Shown piece after piece: positions 27,459-37,647 of a DNA stretch of 64,000 nucleotides. The number at the start of each line of letters is the position of its first letter. Positions within the stretch are counted from its first letter, which is position 1. A program made the translations under genes and the position numbers. This stretch comes from an uncultured Actinomycetota bacterium (GTDB taxonomy: Bacteria; Actinomycetota; Actinomycetes; Actinomycetales; Dermatophilaceae), in the NCBI GenBank assembly GCA_963781465.1, contig CAWAGH010000007.1, positions 167,657 through 231,656 of the forward strand. Reading direction: 5' to 3'. The notes under the pieces are model-generated. The model had not been told where the DNA came from, did no database searches, and was given only the letters and a program-made list of their open reading frames with translations.

Positions 27459-27617
27459 ATGGACCTCAAGCGGTGGTGGTGCGCGCTGACCACGCACACG
27501 TGGCGTCGCGAGCGCCGAGAGGGGATCGATCTGCTGGTGTGTCGCCGCTGCGGCTACACCACGGACGTCGCGAGTGAGGCTGAGGCTCGCCGGCGCGACA
27601 GCGCGTCCGGCGTGTGA
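27459..27617 (+). CDS. small hypothetical protein (52 aa), possible Cys-pair zinc-ribbon-like
   Basis: ATG 27459 inside ORF 27369..27617. MDLKRWWCALTTHTWRRERREGIDLLVCRRCGYTTD. Weak support only. Confidence 0.3.
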   Translation: MDLKRWWCALTTHTWRRERREGIDLLVCRRCGYTTDVASEAEARRRDSASGV

Positions 27618-27710
27618 CCTGCGCCGAGTCAGAGCAAGGCAACCCGGTGGTAACCGCGGACGTCGGCGTCACCCACCTCCGCTACCCCGTGCGCCGGGCA
27701 TCCTGAGGTC

Positions 27711-28226
27711 GTGATCCTTCCGACGATCCGCGATCCGCGCCTGGTGACCGTTCGCCGCGGCGGGACACTCACGGACGAGGACCATCGGATGCTCGCCCTG
27801 TGGGCGGCCACGTGCGCCGAGCACGTTCTCGACCTCTTCGAATCGGCCGAGCCGGACGACCCGCGACCGCGCGAGGCGATCGACCACGCCCGCGCCTGGG
27901 CGCGCGGAGAGGTCGGGATGATGCAGGCCCGCGCAGCCGGCGGACACGCGATGGGAGCGGCCCGCGACCTCCGCGGGCCCGCCCGGTGGGCCGCATACGC
28001 CGCTGGTCAGGCCGCGTGCGTCGCGCACGTCGCCGAGCACGATCTCGGTGCGGCTGCCTACGCGATCAAGGCCGTTCGCGCTGCAGCCCCCGACGGCGAG
28101 AGCGAGGCGGCCGGGCGACGCGAGTGCCAGTGGCAGCGGGACCAGCTGCCGGAGGCGGTTGGCGAGCTGGTCCTCGACGACCAACGGCGCCGGAACGACA
28201 TCTGCTGGTCGGTGTTCGAGGTCTGA
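27711..28226 (+). CDS. helical hypothetical protein resembling the 'Imm5-like putative immunity protein' family (often mis-annotated as SbcC)
   Basis: 171-aa ORF with GTG start. The pattern LALWAATCAEHVLDLFESAEPDDPRPREAIDHARAWARGE...AARDL...AAYAAGQAA...AAYAIKA matches my memory of that family. Not verified. Confidence 0.5.
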   Translation: MILPTIRDPRLVTVRRGGTLTDEDHRMLALWAATCAEHVLDLFESAEPDDPRPREAIDHARAWARGEVGMMQARAAGGHAMGAARDLRGPARWAAYAAGQAACVAHVAEHDLGAAAYAIKAVRAAAPDGESEAAGRRECQWQRDQLPEAVGELVLDDQRRRNDICWSVFEV

Positions 28227-28247
28227 ACGGTTCAGGCCTGCGTGCGG

Positions 28248-29171
28248 TCAGTCACGCGCTCGCAGGGAGTCCCTCATCGCGCGGGTCACGGCCCAGGCGT
28301 CCGCCACGGGACCCAGGTGCCCGAGCTTGTCCGGGTTGGCCACCGAGCGGATGGTCTGGATCCGGCCGCCGAGGACCTCCAGCGACATCGTGCCGACGAC
28401 CCGGTCGCCCCGGTCCCGCATGATCGCGCCCGGATCGCCGTTCAGGTCGTGCCGCTCGACCGTCGCCTCGATGGCGGCGAGCCCCGGGAACAGCGTCGCG
28501 AGCACGCGCGCGACGTTGTCGGCACCGACCACCGCTCGCGCGAACGCCGGCGCCTTGCCTCCGCCGTCCCCGACCATCTGGACGTCGGCCGCCAGCAGCT
28601 CACGCAGGGCGTCGACGTCGCCGTCCCGGAGCGCGTCGAAGAACCGGGCGGCCAGCTCCTCGCGTTCGCGCCGGTCCGCGTCGAACCGGGGTCGCCCGAG
28701 GTCGACGTGGCGGCGCGCTCGGGCCGCGAGCTGGCGGCACGCCGCCTCCGACCGCCCGACCGCGGCCGCGACCTCGGGGTAGGGGAAGGCGAACACCTCG
28801 CGCAGGACGAAGACCGCGCGCTCGAGCGGGGTCAGCCGCTCGAGGAGCAGCAGCGCCGCCATCGACACCGAGTCGGCCAGCTCCGCGGACCGTTGCGGGT
28901 CCTCGTAGGGGTCGTCGAGCAACGGCTCCGGGAACCACTCCCCGACGTAGGTCTCCCGTCGCACGCGCGCCGAGCGGAGAACGTCGATCGAGATCCGGGT
29001 GACGACGGCGGAGAGGTATGCCTTGGGCGAGGTGGGCTGGGTCGGCGAGGCCTCGTACCGCAGCCAGGACTCCTGGACCGCGTCCTCCGCCTCGGTCACG
29101 CTGCCGAGGATCCGGTAGGCGATCGCGAACAGCATCGACCGCAGTTCCTCGAACTCGTCGCTCTTGCTCAT
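28248..29171 (-). CDS. ECF41-type (SigJ-like) RNA polymerase sigma factor with SnoaL-like C-terminal extension
   Basis: ATG 29171. Region 2 LFAIAYRILGSVTEAEDAVQESWLRY; region 4 LTPLERAVFVLREVFAFPYPEVAAAVGRSEAACRQLAARARRHV; about 130-aa C-terminal extension. 4-nt ATGA overlap with the upstream gene. Confidence 0.85.
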   Translation of the reverse strand: MSKSDEFEELRSMLFAIAYRILGSVTEAEDAVQESWLRYEASPTQPTSPKAYLSAVVTRISIDVLRSARVRRETYVGEWFPEPLLDDPYEDPQRSAELADSVSMAALLLLERLTPLERAVFVLREVFAFPYPEVAAAVGRSEAACRQLAARARRHVDLGRPRFDADRREREELAARFFDALRDGDVDALRELLAADVQMVGDGGGKAPAFARAVVGADNVARVLATLFPGLAAIEATVERHDLNGDPGAIMRDRGDRVVGTMSLEVLGGRIQTIRSVANPDKLGHLGPVADAWAVTRAMRDSLRARD

Positions 29172-30082
29172 GTCAGCTCTTCCGCGAATCCTTGTCGCCA
29201 CGACGGGTACCGGAGCTGCCAGCCGAGCTCCCGCTTGGCCTTGGCGTTGGCGAAGCCGCGTCCCTCGGTCATCATGCCCAAGGCCATCTCGCCGGCCACC
29301 AGCCGGGCCAGCCACCGCGGGACCCGGCGCGGCGGCTTCGCCCCGGCGCACTCGGCGAGGTACGGCAGCCACTCGCTGACCGGAGCCGGCTCGTCGTCCA
29401 CGATGTTGAACACGCCCGTCACCTTCTGCTCCACCGCGAGGACAGTGGCGCTCGCCGCGTCCTCGACGTGGACCCAGGAGAAGTATCCGGTGCCCTCGCC
29501 GACGAGCGGGAACAGCCGTCGCCGCACCATCCGGACCTGGTCGTCGTTGGCGCCCGGACCGTAGAACCCGCCGTAGCGCAGCACCGCGCCGCCAGCTGCC
29601 ACCACGGTCTCCTCCAGGCGGTTGATCGCCTTCGTTCCCTCGATCACCTCCAGCGGGTCCTCCTCGGTCTTCACCCACCCGCCGGTCCGGAGTCCGTTCA
29701 TGCTGGCGTGGCCCTGCATGACGACATGGGACACGCCGGTCGCCTCGGCGGCGGCCAGCAGGTGGTCGACGCCCTCGCTGCGCAGACGGTTGGTGATGGC
29801 GAAGAAGCGGTCGGCTCTCCTCAGGTCGGGCTTGCCGGAATGCGCCTCGGACAGCGCCGTCATCTGGTTCACGATGGTGTCCGGCTGGGCCGCCGCGACC
29901 GCCTCACCGACCGCCGCGGCATCCAGCCCGTCCATGACGATGCCGTCGGCGCCCAGCTCCGCCAACAGCCCGAGCTTGTCGGCACTCGTCGTCGTCGCGG
30001 TCACCTCGTGGCCGTGGGCCACCAGCTGTGGCACCAGGCACCGACCGATGACCCCGCTCCCGCCGGCCACGAACACGCGCAT
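29168..30082 (-). CDS. NAD(P)-dependent epimerase/dehydratase-like (NAD(P)H-binding) protein
   Basis: MRVFVAGGSGVIGRCLV Rossmann motif. 304 aa. Translationally coupled to the ECF41 sigma gene, a pairing commonly seen for ECF41. Confidence 0.8.
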   Translation of the reverse strand: MRVFVAGGSGVIGRCLVPQLVAHGHEVTATTTSADKLGLLAELGADGIVMDGLDAAAVGEAVAAAQPDTIVNQMTALSEAHSGKPDLRRADRFFAITNRLRSEGVDHLLAAAEATGVSHVVMQGHASMNGLRTGGWVKTEEDPLEVIEGTKAINRLEETVVAAGGAVLRYGGFYGPGANDDQVRMVRRRLFPLVGEGTGYFSWVHVEDAASATVLAVEQKVTGVFNIVDDEPAPVSEWLPYLAECAGAKPPRRVPRWLARLVAGEMALGMMTEGRGFANAKAKRELGWQLRYPSWRQGFAEELT

Positions 30083-30154
30083 CGCGTCACCCTTCTCGCT
30101 GTGGTTTAACCTTCCGTCCCCGAGACGAGACAGCCCGGTTGGCTGTGACAGCCG

Positions 30155-31579
30155 CTACCGGACCACCCGGAGGGTCGCGAGAGAGGGGTCCGTCGCATAC
30201 GCGATCCGTACCCCGGCCGCCCGGGCCTGCGACAACGCGTCGAGCGCGGCCGCGGTGACCTCCTCGCCGGGCGCGAGGATCGGGATGCCGGGCGGGTAGG
30301 GCGCGACCAGCTCGACGGTGACGCGGCCGACCGCTTGCCCCATCGGGACGGTCTCGCTGGGCGCGAAGAAGGCGGCCCGCGGCGACATGACGGTCACCGG
30401 CTCGACGGAGTATGCGGCGCCGGCCACCACCGCACGTGGCCGGCCGCGGTGTCGCGTCAGCGAGGTCACGAGGGCGTTGGTGAGCCGGTCCAGCGTTACC
30501 CGGTCGTCGGCCATCGACACCTGCGCCACGATGGTGTCGCGTTCTGCCGCCTCGACCGGCAGCCCGGCGGCCAGCAGGTCGTCCTCGACGGCGATCCCGT
30601 CTGCGCCGGTACCGCCGAGGACGAGGGTCAGCTTCAGCGGGTCCACGCCCGGCCCGTCGAGCACGACGAGCCCCTCGACCTCGCGCAGCCGGTCCCGCGC
30701 GGCGGCCACGGCGGCGATCGCCTCGCCGAGCAGGGCCTCGCCGTCGCGCTCCAGCAACGCCCGCGCCGCGTCGATGCTGGCGAGGATGGCACCGGCGGGA
30801 CTGGTCGTCTGCGTGGCCTCGACCCCGGCGTCCAGGCGGGCCGGGTCGATGCGGTCCGTCCGGGCCAGGACCAGCGCCGCCTGGCTCCACGACGGCAGCG
30901 TCTTGTGGGCGCTCACCACCATCGCGTCGGCGCCGAGCTGCAGGGCATGGCGCGGGAGAGACGGATGGAACCCGAAGTGCGCCGCCCACGCCGCGTCGAC
31001 GACGAGCGGGACGCCGTGCGCGTGAGCCACCTCGGCCAGGCCTTCGACGTCACCGACGGTCCCCACGTAGGACGGGTCGGCCACGAGGACCGCGCGCGCG
31101 TCCGGAGCCGACGCCAGCGCATCGGCCACGGCCGAGGGCGGGACGCCGGTCGGCAGTCCGGTCGCGGGGTCGACGTCGGGGCGGAACCACACCGGCGTCA
31201 GACCGGCGAGGACCAGCCCGAGCAGCATCGAGCGGTGCAGCGTCCGGCCGACGACGACCCGACCACCGTCGCCACCGTCAGCCAGCGCCAGCGCGAGCGC
31301 CTGGTTCGCGTGAGTCGCGCCGCCGACCGAGAACCGGCAGGCGTCAGCGCCCCACAACCGGGCGGCGCGAGCCTCCGCGTCGGCCAGTACCCGGCGCGAC
31401 AGCTTCATCGTGTCCAGCCCCGCGTAGAGCGGCACGTCGCCGGCCACGATGTCGCCGACGAGATCGCGGCGGTGCTTGTGGCCGGGGATGGTGAACGGCG
31501 TCGGCGCCTCTTCCTGGAACCTCAGCCACGCATCGAGTAGCGGCGCGTCTTCCCGCAGCCCGCGCGGGTCAGTGGGCAC
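30155..31579 (-). CDS. Orn/Lys/Arg decarboxylase family PLP enzyme
   Basis: 474-aa ORF. FTIPGHKHR, GGATHANQ, PLP-lysine context VVSAHKTLPS, and a C-terminal domain with APYPPGIPILAPGE. Confidence 0.8.
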   Translation of the reverse strand: MPTDPRGLREDAPLLDAWLRFQEEAPTPFTIPGHKHRRDLVGDIVAGDVPLYAGLDTMKLSRRVLADAEARAARLWGADACRFSVGGATHANQALALALADGGDGGRVVVGRTLHRSMLLGLVLAGLTPVWFRPDVDPATGLPTGVPPSAVADALASAPDARAVLVADPSYVGTVGDVEGLAEVAHAHGVPLVVDAAWAAHFGFHPSLPRHALQLGADAMVVSAHKTLPSWSQAALVLARTDRIDPARLDAGVEATQTTSPAGAILASIDAARALLERDGEALLGEAIAAVAAARDRLREVEGLVVLDGPGVDPLKLTLVLGGTGADGIAVEDDLLAAGLPVEAAERDTIVAQVSMADDRVTLDRLTNALVTSLTRHRGRPRAVVAGAAYSVEPVTVMSPRAAFFAPSETVPMGQAVGRVTVELVAPYPPGIPILAPGEEVTAAALDALSQARAAGVRIAYATDPSLATLRVVR

Positions 31580-32702
31580 GCTGGGCGTCCGCCCATGCGC
31601 GCAGGACCCCGGGCAGCGCCTCGGCGAAGGCGCGCACCTGGCCCAGGTCGACCCACTCGTCGGCCGCGTGGAGACCGCCGCCCGATGGTCCGCATACCAG
31701 CGTCGGGCACACCGCCTGCCAGAGCGGTGCCTCCATCCAGTACGGGGCGGCGAACGTCGGACTCGTGCCCAGCGCCTCGGCCATCTGGGTCGCCAGGTGA
31801 GCCGCAGGGCCCTCGGCGTCGAGCTCCCAGGCCTCCCGGTATGCGTGGAGCTCGACGGTGGCGTCAGCCCCGGGGGGCAGGAGCTCGCCTACCTCGGCCA
31901 ACGCCGACTCCGCGGACTCGCCGGGTACGGTTCGCCGCTCGACCAGGCACTCGGCCCACTCGGGAACCACGAAGGGCGAGTCGCCGCCGCGAGCGACCGT
32001 GACCATGAGCTCGCCGCCCCGGGCCCGGACCGCCAGAGCGCGCGCGTCGACCGACATGACGAAGCGCCCGAGGTGGGTGACCGCGTTGACGCCCAACTGG
32101 GGCTGCGAGCTGTGGGCTGCCCGACCCTGGAACCGCACTCGCACGACGGCGAACCCGCGCAGCGACCGGGCCGGCCCGAGATCGGTGGGCTCGGCGATGA
32201 GGCAGACGTTCGGACGGATGCCCAGGGACGGCAACGCGGCGATGACCGCCTCGCTGCCCTTGCTGGCGTCCTCCTCGTCGGCGACCAGTGCCAGGACGAC
32301 GCGGACCGGCGCCGCCGATGCGGCGAGCGTCTCGGTGGCCACGACCATTGCCGCCACGCCGCCCTTCATGTCGGCCGCGCCGCGCCCGCTCAAGCGTTCG
32401 CCGTCCAGAGCCGGCGTGAACGGCGCCGGCATCCCCGTCACGCCGACGGTGTCGAGATGGCCGTTCAGGACGACGGTCGGATCAGCGGACGATCCCGGCC
32501 CGACGGCCACGAGGCTCGGCCGCCCGCCCGCTCCCTCGGCCTCGACGACGTGCGTGGTGAAGCCCGCCGCGTCCAGGCGGGCCCGCAGGTACGCCACGAT
32601 CTCGTTCTCGCCGGAGGCGCCGGGCACCAGCCCGGGGTTGACGCTGTCGATGGCCACCAGCTCGGCGGTCAGGGCCACGGCAGCCTCGGCGACGTCGCTC
32701 AT
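31569..32702 (-). CDS. M20 family metallopeptidase (ArgE/DapE-like deacylase)
   Basis: LVAIDSVNP, NGHLDTVG, GRGAADMKGG, LVADEEDAS, GGLHAADEWV. Overlaps the downstream decarboxylase start by 11 nt. Confidence 0.8.
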   Translation of the reverse strand: MSDVAEAAVALTAELVAIDSVNPGLVPGASGENEIVAYLRARLDAAGFTTHVVEAEGAGGRPSLVAVGPGSSADPTVVLNGHLDTVGVTGMPAPFTPALDGERLSGRGAADMKGGVAAMVVATETLAASAAPVRVVLALVADEEDASKGSEAVIAALPSLGIRPNVCLIAEPTDLGPARSLRGFAVVRVRFQGRAAHSSQPQLGVNAVTHLGRFVMSVDARALAVRARGGELMVTVARGGDSPFVVPEWAECLVERRTVPGESAESALAEVGELLPPGADATVELHAYREAWELDAEGPAAHLATQMAEALGTSPTFAAPYWMEAPLWQAVCPTLVCGPSGGGLHAADEWVDLGQVRAFAEALPGVLRAWADAQRAH

Positions 32703-32786
32703 GAGACGTCAACCTACGCAGCCGGTGCCCGTGCGCCCCGTGACCGTCGGACTGGAGACGGACGGGCGTTCGGCCAAGATGGCGTC

Positions 32787-33044
32787 GTGGAGCACTTCGA
32801 CACCGCGGCCCTCGCAGACAGCGGCGCCGACTTCCGACGCGTCCTGTTGACGGGAACGCATACTCAGCTGGTCGTCATGACCATCCCCGTCGGCGAGGAG
32901 ATCGGAGCCGAGGTGCACGAGGCCAACGACCAGATCATGTCGTTCTTCAGCGGAGTCGGGGCCGCGGTCGTCGCCGACGAGACCCGCCCGGGGACCGTTC
33001 ACCACACCAAGGCCGAGGCGGATGCGGCGGAGCAGCACGGGTAA
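32787..33044 (+). pseudogene. cupin-like small protein, apparently missing its central beta-strands
   Basis: GTG 32787. VEHFDTAALADSGADFRRVLLTGTHTQLVVMTIPVGEEIGAEVHEANDQIMSFFSGVGAAVVADETRPGTVHHTKAEADAAEQHG*. Both ends look like the common ~120-aa actinobacterial cupin, but the usual ...V.PGD.V.VPAGT.HN...L...Y.PP.H segment between ETRP and GTVHHTK is absent. This suggests an in-frame internal deletion; the judgement is from memory. Confidence 0.4.
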
Positions 33045-33052
33045 CTGGGGGC

Positions 33053-34246
33053 TCAGTCGAACAGGTCGCGCTCCATCGCGTCGACCACCCAGCTCCAGGC
33101 CAGCCGCTCCTGCTCCAGCCTGAGCGACGGCGCATACACGTCCTCGACGAGGTCCGTGTACAACGCCTGTTCGGCCGCCTGGAGGTGGTCGAGCCGAGCC
33201 CGGGTGGGCGACGACTCGGAACCCCACCGGTCTCGGTGCGCCAACAGGGTCGGGCGGTCCATCAGGAAGGAGCGGGTCTGGCGGACGCCCGCCCGCAGGG
33301 TGTTGAGGATCGCGAAGCCGTGGGTGTCGAGGTCGCCGGAGTAACTCACCCTGGGAGCCTCCCGGACCCACGGCACACGGGCGAGGCGGCCGGCGTAGTA
33401 GCCGGCGCCCCAGATCACCACGCCCTCGCGTGGAACCTCAACCGACAGGTACGTGACCTCGTTCTCGACCACCACCACGTGCTGGACCGCCACGTGGACC
33501 CGTGCCATCTCGTCGAGGCGAAGGGCGACCTCGCCGATCGGACCCGGCAGCCCGGTGAACCCCTGGTCGAAGCGCATCCGCACCAGCCGCGGCGGCTCCT
33601 CGAACCCGTAGCGCCGGGCGAAGCCGTCGCCCCGTGAGGCGTCCTCGGCCACCCGGTCCGCCGGCACCGTCAGGTCGAGGAGCGCCGCGATGACCCCACG
33701 ATGTCGCGCCACGAACTTCGTGTCCACCCCGGGGGCCTCGATCTGCCTTACGTACAGCCCACGGCCGCCGTGCCCCGCCAGCCACCACACGGCGTCGAGG
33801 ACGCCAGGCCACTCGGACGCCAGCTCGATGGCCCGGGCGGCGTGCTCGGCCACCCACGGCATCAGGTCCGGGTCGGTCCCCTCGGTGAGGGCGACAACCT
33901 GGTCCAACCGGCCCACCTCCGGCAGGACCCCGAGCACCCGCCAGGCCTGTTCGAACGTCGACACGGCGGCCCTCGCCGGAAGCTCGTTACGTCCGACTGC
34001 CCGCCCGCCGACGGCACGCATCGTCAGGGTGTAGGCCCCACCGGCCCGGCTGCCCTTGACCAGCGCGCGGTTCCACGCCTGCACCCGGCCCAGATCCGCG
34101 GTGATCTCTCCCGCCGAGGGGCCGCGGATCGGCACCTCGACGACCGGGCAGGGACGACCGGCTACGTACGCGCTGAGCAGGCTGCCGTCCACCCACCGCC
34201 GCCGCACACGGGCGGTGATGTCCTCAGGCGTCGTCCACGACGTCAC
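33053..34246 (-). CDS. jetD: Wadjet JetD / MksG-like nuclease subunit (DUF3322 + DUF2220 Toprim-like)
   Basis: 397 aa. GTG 34246 overlaps the jetC stop (GTGA). Toprim-like acidic motifs VVVENEVTYLS and SYSGDLDTHGFAIL. Last gene of the four-gene operon. Confidence 0.85.
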   Translation of the reverse strand: MTSWTTPEDITARVRRRWVDGSLLSAYVAGRPCPVVEVPIRGPSAGEITADLGRVQAWNRALVKGSRAGGAYTLTMRAVGGRAVGRNELPARAAVSTFEQAWRVLGVLPEVGRLDQVVALTEGTDPDLMPWVAEHAARAIELASEWPGVLDAVWWLAGHGGRGLYVRQIEAPGVDTKFVARHRGVIAALLDLTVPADRVAEDASRGDGFARRYGFEEPPRLVRMRFDQGFTGLPGPIGEVALRLDEMARVHVAVQHVVVVENEVTYLSVEVPREGVVIWGAGYYAGRLARVPWVREAPRVSYSGDLDTHGFAILNTLRAGVRQTRSFLMDRPTLLAHRDRWGSESSPTRARLDHLQAAEQALYTDLVEDVYAPSLRLEQERLAWSWVVDAMERDLFD

Positions 34247-37200
34247 TCGACGCCCTCGTCGCCGCCCCGCGCTGCTGCCGTGGTCGCGGCGTGCCTCTCC
34301 CGCCGCCGCCGGAAGTCCTCGATGGTCAACGTCTGCAACCGGGATCGCTCTCCGGAACGGTTCTCGACGAACCCGACCGTATGGACGTACGGCTCAATGA
34401 CATGCACCTTCTGCAGCGGCGTGACGATGAGCAGCTGCAGGCCCAGCTTGGAGAACAGCTCGAGGGCGTAGCGCGTCGAGAGGTCCGACCCGCGGCCGAA
34501 GGCCTCGTCGATCACGGCGAACCGGAAGTCCTTGGAGCGGGCCACGCCCCACTCGAGCCGGAACTGGTACGCCAGCGACGCGGCCAGGATGGTGTAGGCG
34601 AGTTTCTCCTTCTGGCCGCCGGACTTCCCGTCGGAGTCGGTGTAGTGCTCGTACTCCTGGCCCGTCTCCCGCCACCGCTCCGAGGCCGCGAAGACGAACC
34701 AGTTGCGGACGTCGGTGACCAGATGGGTCCACCGCCGGTCCGCGTCGGTCTGCCCCTCGCGCCCCCGGAAGCGCTCGATGATGCGTTTCACCCGGAGGAA
34801 CCGCTCCTCGGAGTACTGGTCGTCGTCCACCAGCGCATCGTCGGTGCAGGCGCGCAGCTCGTCGCGAAACGACCTGATCTCCTGGTGCGTCGTCGGCTGC
34901 ACAAGCAGCGTGATGAGCCGTCCCGGGTTGTACTCGATCGCCCGCAGCGAGTCGTTGATCGTGTCGATCCGCTCCCGGATCTGCGTGGCGGTCCGGTCGA
35001 GCCAGGCGTGGAACCCGGCGATGTCGTTGATGACGTTAGTGTTCAGCTGCTTCTTGAACTCAGCCTCGAACCGGGGCAGGTCGTCGGTGGCGATCCGCTC
35101 CCGCAGCGCCCGGTATTCGGCGGCGGCGACGAGGTCGGCGTCCATCTCACCCGTCTCCGCCGGCCAGTCCTGGCGGAACTGCTGCATAGCGCGGACCACC
35201 CGCTCGCCGACCGACTTACGGCGATCGGCCAGCTTCTCGATCTGCTCGGTGAGCGCCGACACCTGGTCACGCTCGCGTCGGTCGCACTCGTCCAGCGCTG
35301 GCATCGGCCCGAGAGCGAGGTCCACGGCGGAGTATGCCGCCCGCAGCCGCTGGAGATCGGGCTCGCCGACGCTGTCGATGACCAGGGTCGTCGCGGCACG
35401 GGCGCGCGCGTTCTCGGTCAGCTGGCGACGGAGCTCGCCACCGCGTTCGGTGTGCCCGCGAGCCGCCTCCACCACCGCGGCGAGCTCCTCGTCGACCCGC
35501 TGGATCTGCACACTCAGCGCGGTCAGCCGCTGGTTGCCGTGCTCCAGCCGACGCTTCTCCTCCTCGAGCCGGGTGACGGCGCTGGCGCTGCTGTGCCAAT
35601 CGAGGTCGGGCCATGACGCGTAGACGGACAGCTTGTCGAGCGCCCTGATGGTGTCGCGCAGCTCACTGTCCCGGCCTCGCACCGCCTCGATCTCCGTGTC
35701 CAGCCCGGTAAGCCGGCGTTGGATATCGGCGGCCTGTGCCATCAGCGCGTCGACCTTGTCTTCATTGGACCAGCCGAGCACCCATCGAGTGCGGTCATCA
35801 ATGCGGAAGCGGTCGTCCTTCTCGTGCCGTCCGTCGGACTTGACGAGACCGAAGACGGTCACCGCCCGGCGGTGCTCGCGTAGCTCGTCGAGGCTGGCCG
35901 CGCAAACATGGTCCGCCCGACGGCCGAGCTCCCGCTGGACCCACTCAGCGAGTGGTCCCGGCTTGACCTCGAGCAGGTCGGCGAGTATCTGATGCGGGTT
36001 GAGCGGCGGCACCTCGCGGGTGATGCGTGGGCTCACCCGGTAGTAAACAAGCCGCCCACCGAGGTGATGTGAGTCGATCCACGCCGAGGCGGCGTCGTAG
36101 TGCTCGGCCGACACCAGGACGGACAGCGCGAACCCGCGTAACACGCGCTCTGCCGCACCCTGCCAAGCAGCGTGTTCGGGACGCACCTGGACCAGCTCAC
36201 CGACGAACGGCAGCCCGGTCTCCGGGATCCCGACCGCCTCGGCGAGCCGCTCGCGGATCTCGAGGCTTCGCTGGTCGATGTTGGACTGGCGGCCGCGCAG
36301 GCTCCGGAGGTAGCCGCCCACCTCGGTGCTCTCCGCCCGCACCCGGTTCTGCTCGACGGCGAGTTCGGTATGCCGGTTGACCACTCCGTCGACGTCCTGC
36401 TCGGCTTCTCGACGGCGCTCGGCCGCCAGCGACGTGCCGCGGGCGAAGGAGGCCGCATCGGTGACAGCCGGCAGGGTGGCCTCGGTGACCAGGCGGGAGA
36501 ACCCGTCGAAACGGTGGCGGCGCTCGTCGCGTCGGCCGGCCTCGTCGAGCAGGAGCCGCTCGAGCTCGGCGACCCGGGCGCCGCCGGCGCCGTCGCGCGC
36601 GAGCACGAGTCGTTCCCGCTCGGCGCGAAGCGCGGCGGCTCGCTCACCGGCCCGCGCCTCGTCGTCCACGGCGGCAGCGACGTCCGCCTCGACCCGCCTC
36701 TGCTCAAGGTCGAGCATGGTGAGCTTGTGCTCGGCCATCCGGTAGGGCAGCGCCTCTCGGACCAGGCGGCCGGACTCCATCTCGGCCTGGAGTGCGTCGT
36801 GGACGTCGCACATGCTGATGAGCGGCTCGAGCTGGGCCAGCTGGTCGCGGGCCCGCCGAACCGCATCGTGGGCCTGGGTGAGGTCGTCGAAGTGGCTCAC
36901 CAGCGTGTCGATCCGGGTGGCCGAGTCAGCGCCCTCCAGCATGTGTTGGCGGACGAAGTCGGTGAGGTTTCCCACGGACTTCATCGAGATGGTCTGGTGC
37001 AGCAGGTCGAGAGCCTGCTCGGAGCTGATCCCGAGGAGTCGCCGAAGTCGAAGGCCGTATTCGGGGAAATGGTCCGACACGGCGGCCCCGCCGGCACGGA
37101 GCCGCCGTTTCAGCGCGCCGATCTCGGTGCCGAAGTCGGCGAAGTCCGCGGCGACGGACATCGCGCGTTCGGCGGTGACGAAGAACCGGTGAGGTTGACC

Positions 37201-37647
37201 CTGGCTGGTGTCTCGCATCCAGAACACCTGGGCGAGGGTCACCGCTGCGTCGTGGCCCTCGTTGGTGAAGACTCCGAGCACGACGCTGTAGTGGCGCTGG
37301 TCGCGAAGCCCGACGGGGCGCGAGGCGCCGGAGGACTCCACCCGCTCGGACTTGTAGTGCCCGAGGACGTAGGAGCGCAGGGACCGCTCGCGGGTGTCGG
37401 CCCCGGCCGCCTTGTTGTAGTTGATCTTGTTGGCCGGCAGCAGCAGCGTGGTTACCGCATCGACGAGGGTCGACTTTCCGGAGCCGATGTCGCCGGTCAG
37501 CAGGGTGTTGTCCCCACCCAGCTCGAGGCGGAAAACCCGGCCGTCGAAGGTCCCCCAGTTGTAGACCTCGAGGGCGTCCAGGCGGTAGCCCGGCCGCACG
37601 GCGCCGAACGGCTCGAGATCCACGGTCGGGAAGAGAGTGTCACTCAC
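34243..37647 (-). CDS. jetC: Wadjet JetC / MksB-like SMC-family ATPase
   Basis: GTG 37647 overlaps the jetB stop (GTGA), with GGAGGG upstream. LEVYNWGTFDG, Walker A LTGDIGSGKST, a long coiled-coil-type middle, signature DGKSGGQKEKLAYTILAASLAY, Walker B FRFAVIDEAFGRGSD. 1134 aa. Confidence 0.9.
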   Translation of the reverse strand: MSDTLFPTVDLEPFGAVRPGYRLDALEVYNWGTFDGRVFRLELGGDNTLLTGDIGSGKSTLVDAVTTLLLPANKINYNKAAGADTRERSLRSYVLGHYKSERVESSGASRPVGLRDQRHYSVVLGVFTNEGHDAAVTLAQVFWMRDTSQGQPHRFFVTAERAMSVAADFADFGTEIGALKRRLRAGGAAVSDHFPEYGLRLRRLLGISSEQALDLLHQTISMKSVGNLTDFVRQHMLEGADSATRIDTLVSHFDDLTQAHDAVRRARDQLAQLEPLISMCDVHDALQAEMESGRLVREALPYRMAEHKLTMLDLEQRRVEADVAAAVDDEARAGERAAALRAERERLVLARDGAGGARVAELERLLLDEAGRRDERRHRFDGFSRLVTEATLPAVTDAASFARGTSLAAERRREAEQDVDGVVNRHTELAVEQNRVRAESTEVGGYLRSLRGRQSNIDQRSLEIRERLAEAVGIPETGLPFVGELVQVRPEHAAWQGAAERVLRGFALSVLVSAEHYDAASAWIDSHHLGGRLVYYRVSPRITREVPPLNPHQILADLLEVKPGPLAEWVQRELGRRADHVCAASLDELREHRRAVTVFGLVKSDGRHEKDDRFRIDDRTRWVLGWSNEDKVDALMAQAADIQRRLTGLDTEIEAVRGRDSELRDTIRALDKLSVYASWPDLDWHSSASAVTRLEEEKRRLEHGNQRLTALSVQIQRVDEELAAVVEAARGHTERGGELRRQLTENARARAATTLVIDSVGEPDLQRLRAAYSAVDLALGPMPALDECDRRERDQVSALTEQIEKLADRRKSVGERVVRAMQQFRQDWPAETGEMDADLVAAAEYRALRERIATDDLPRFEAEFKKQLNTNVINDIAGFHAWLDRTATQIRERIDTINDSLRAIEYNPGRLITLLVQPTTHQEIRSFRDELRACTDDALVDDDQYSEERFLRVKRIIERFRGREGQTDADRRWTHLVTDVRNWFVFAASERWRETGQEYEHYTDSDGKSGGQKEKLAYTILAASLAYQFRLEWGVARSKDFRFAVIDEAFGRGSDLSTRYALELFSKLGLQLLIVTPLQKVHVIEPYVHTVGFVENRSGERSRLQTLTIEDFRRRRERHAATTAAARGGDEGVE

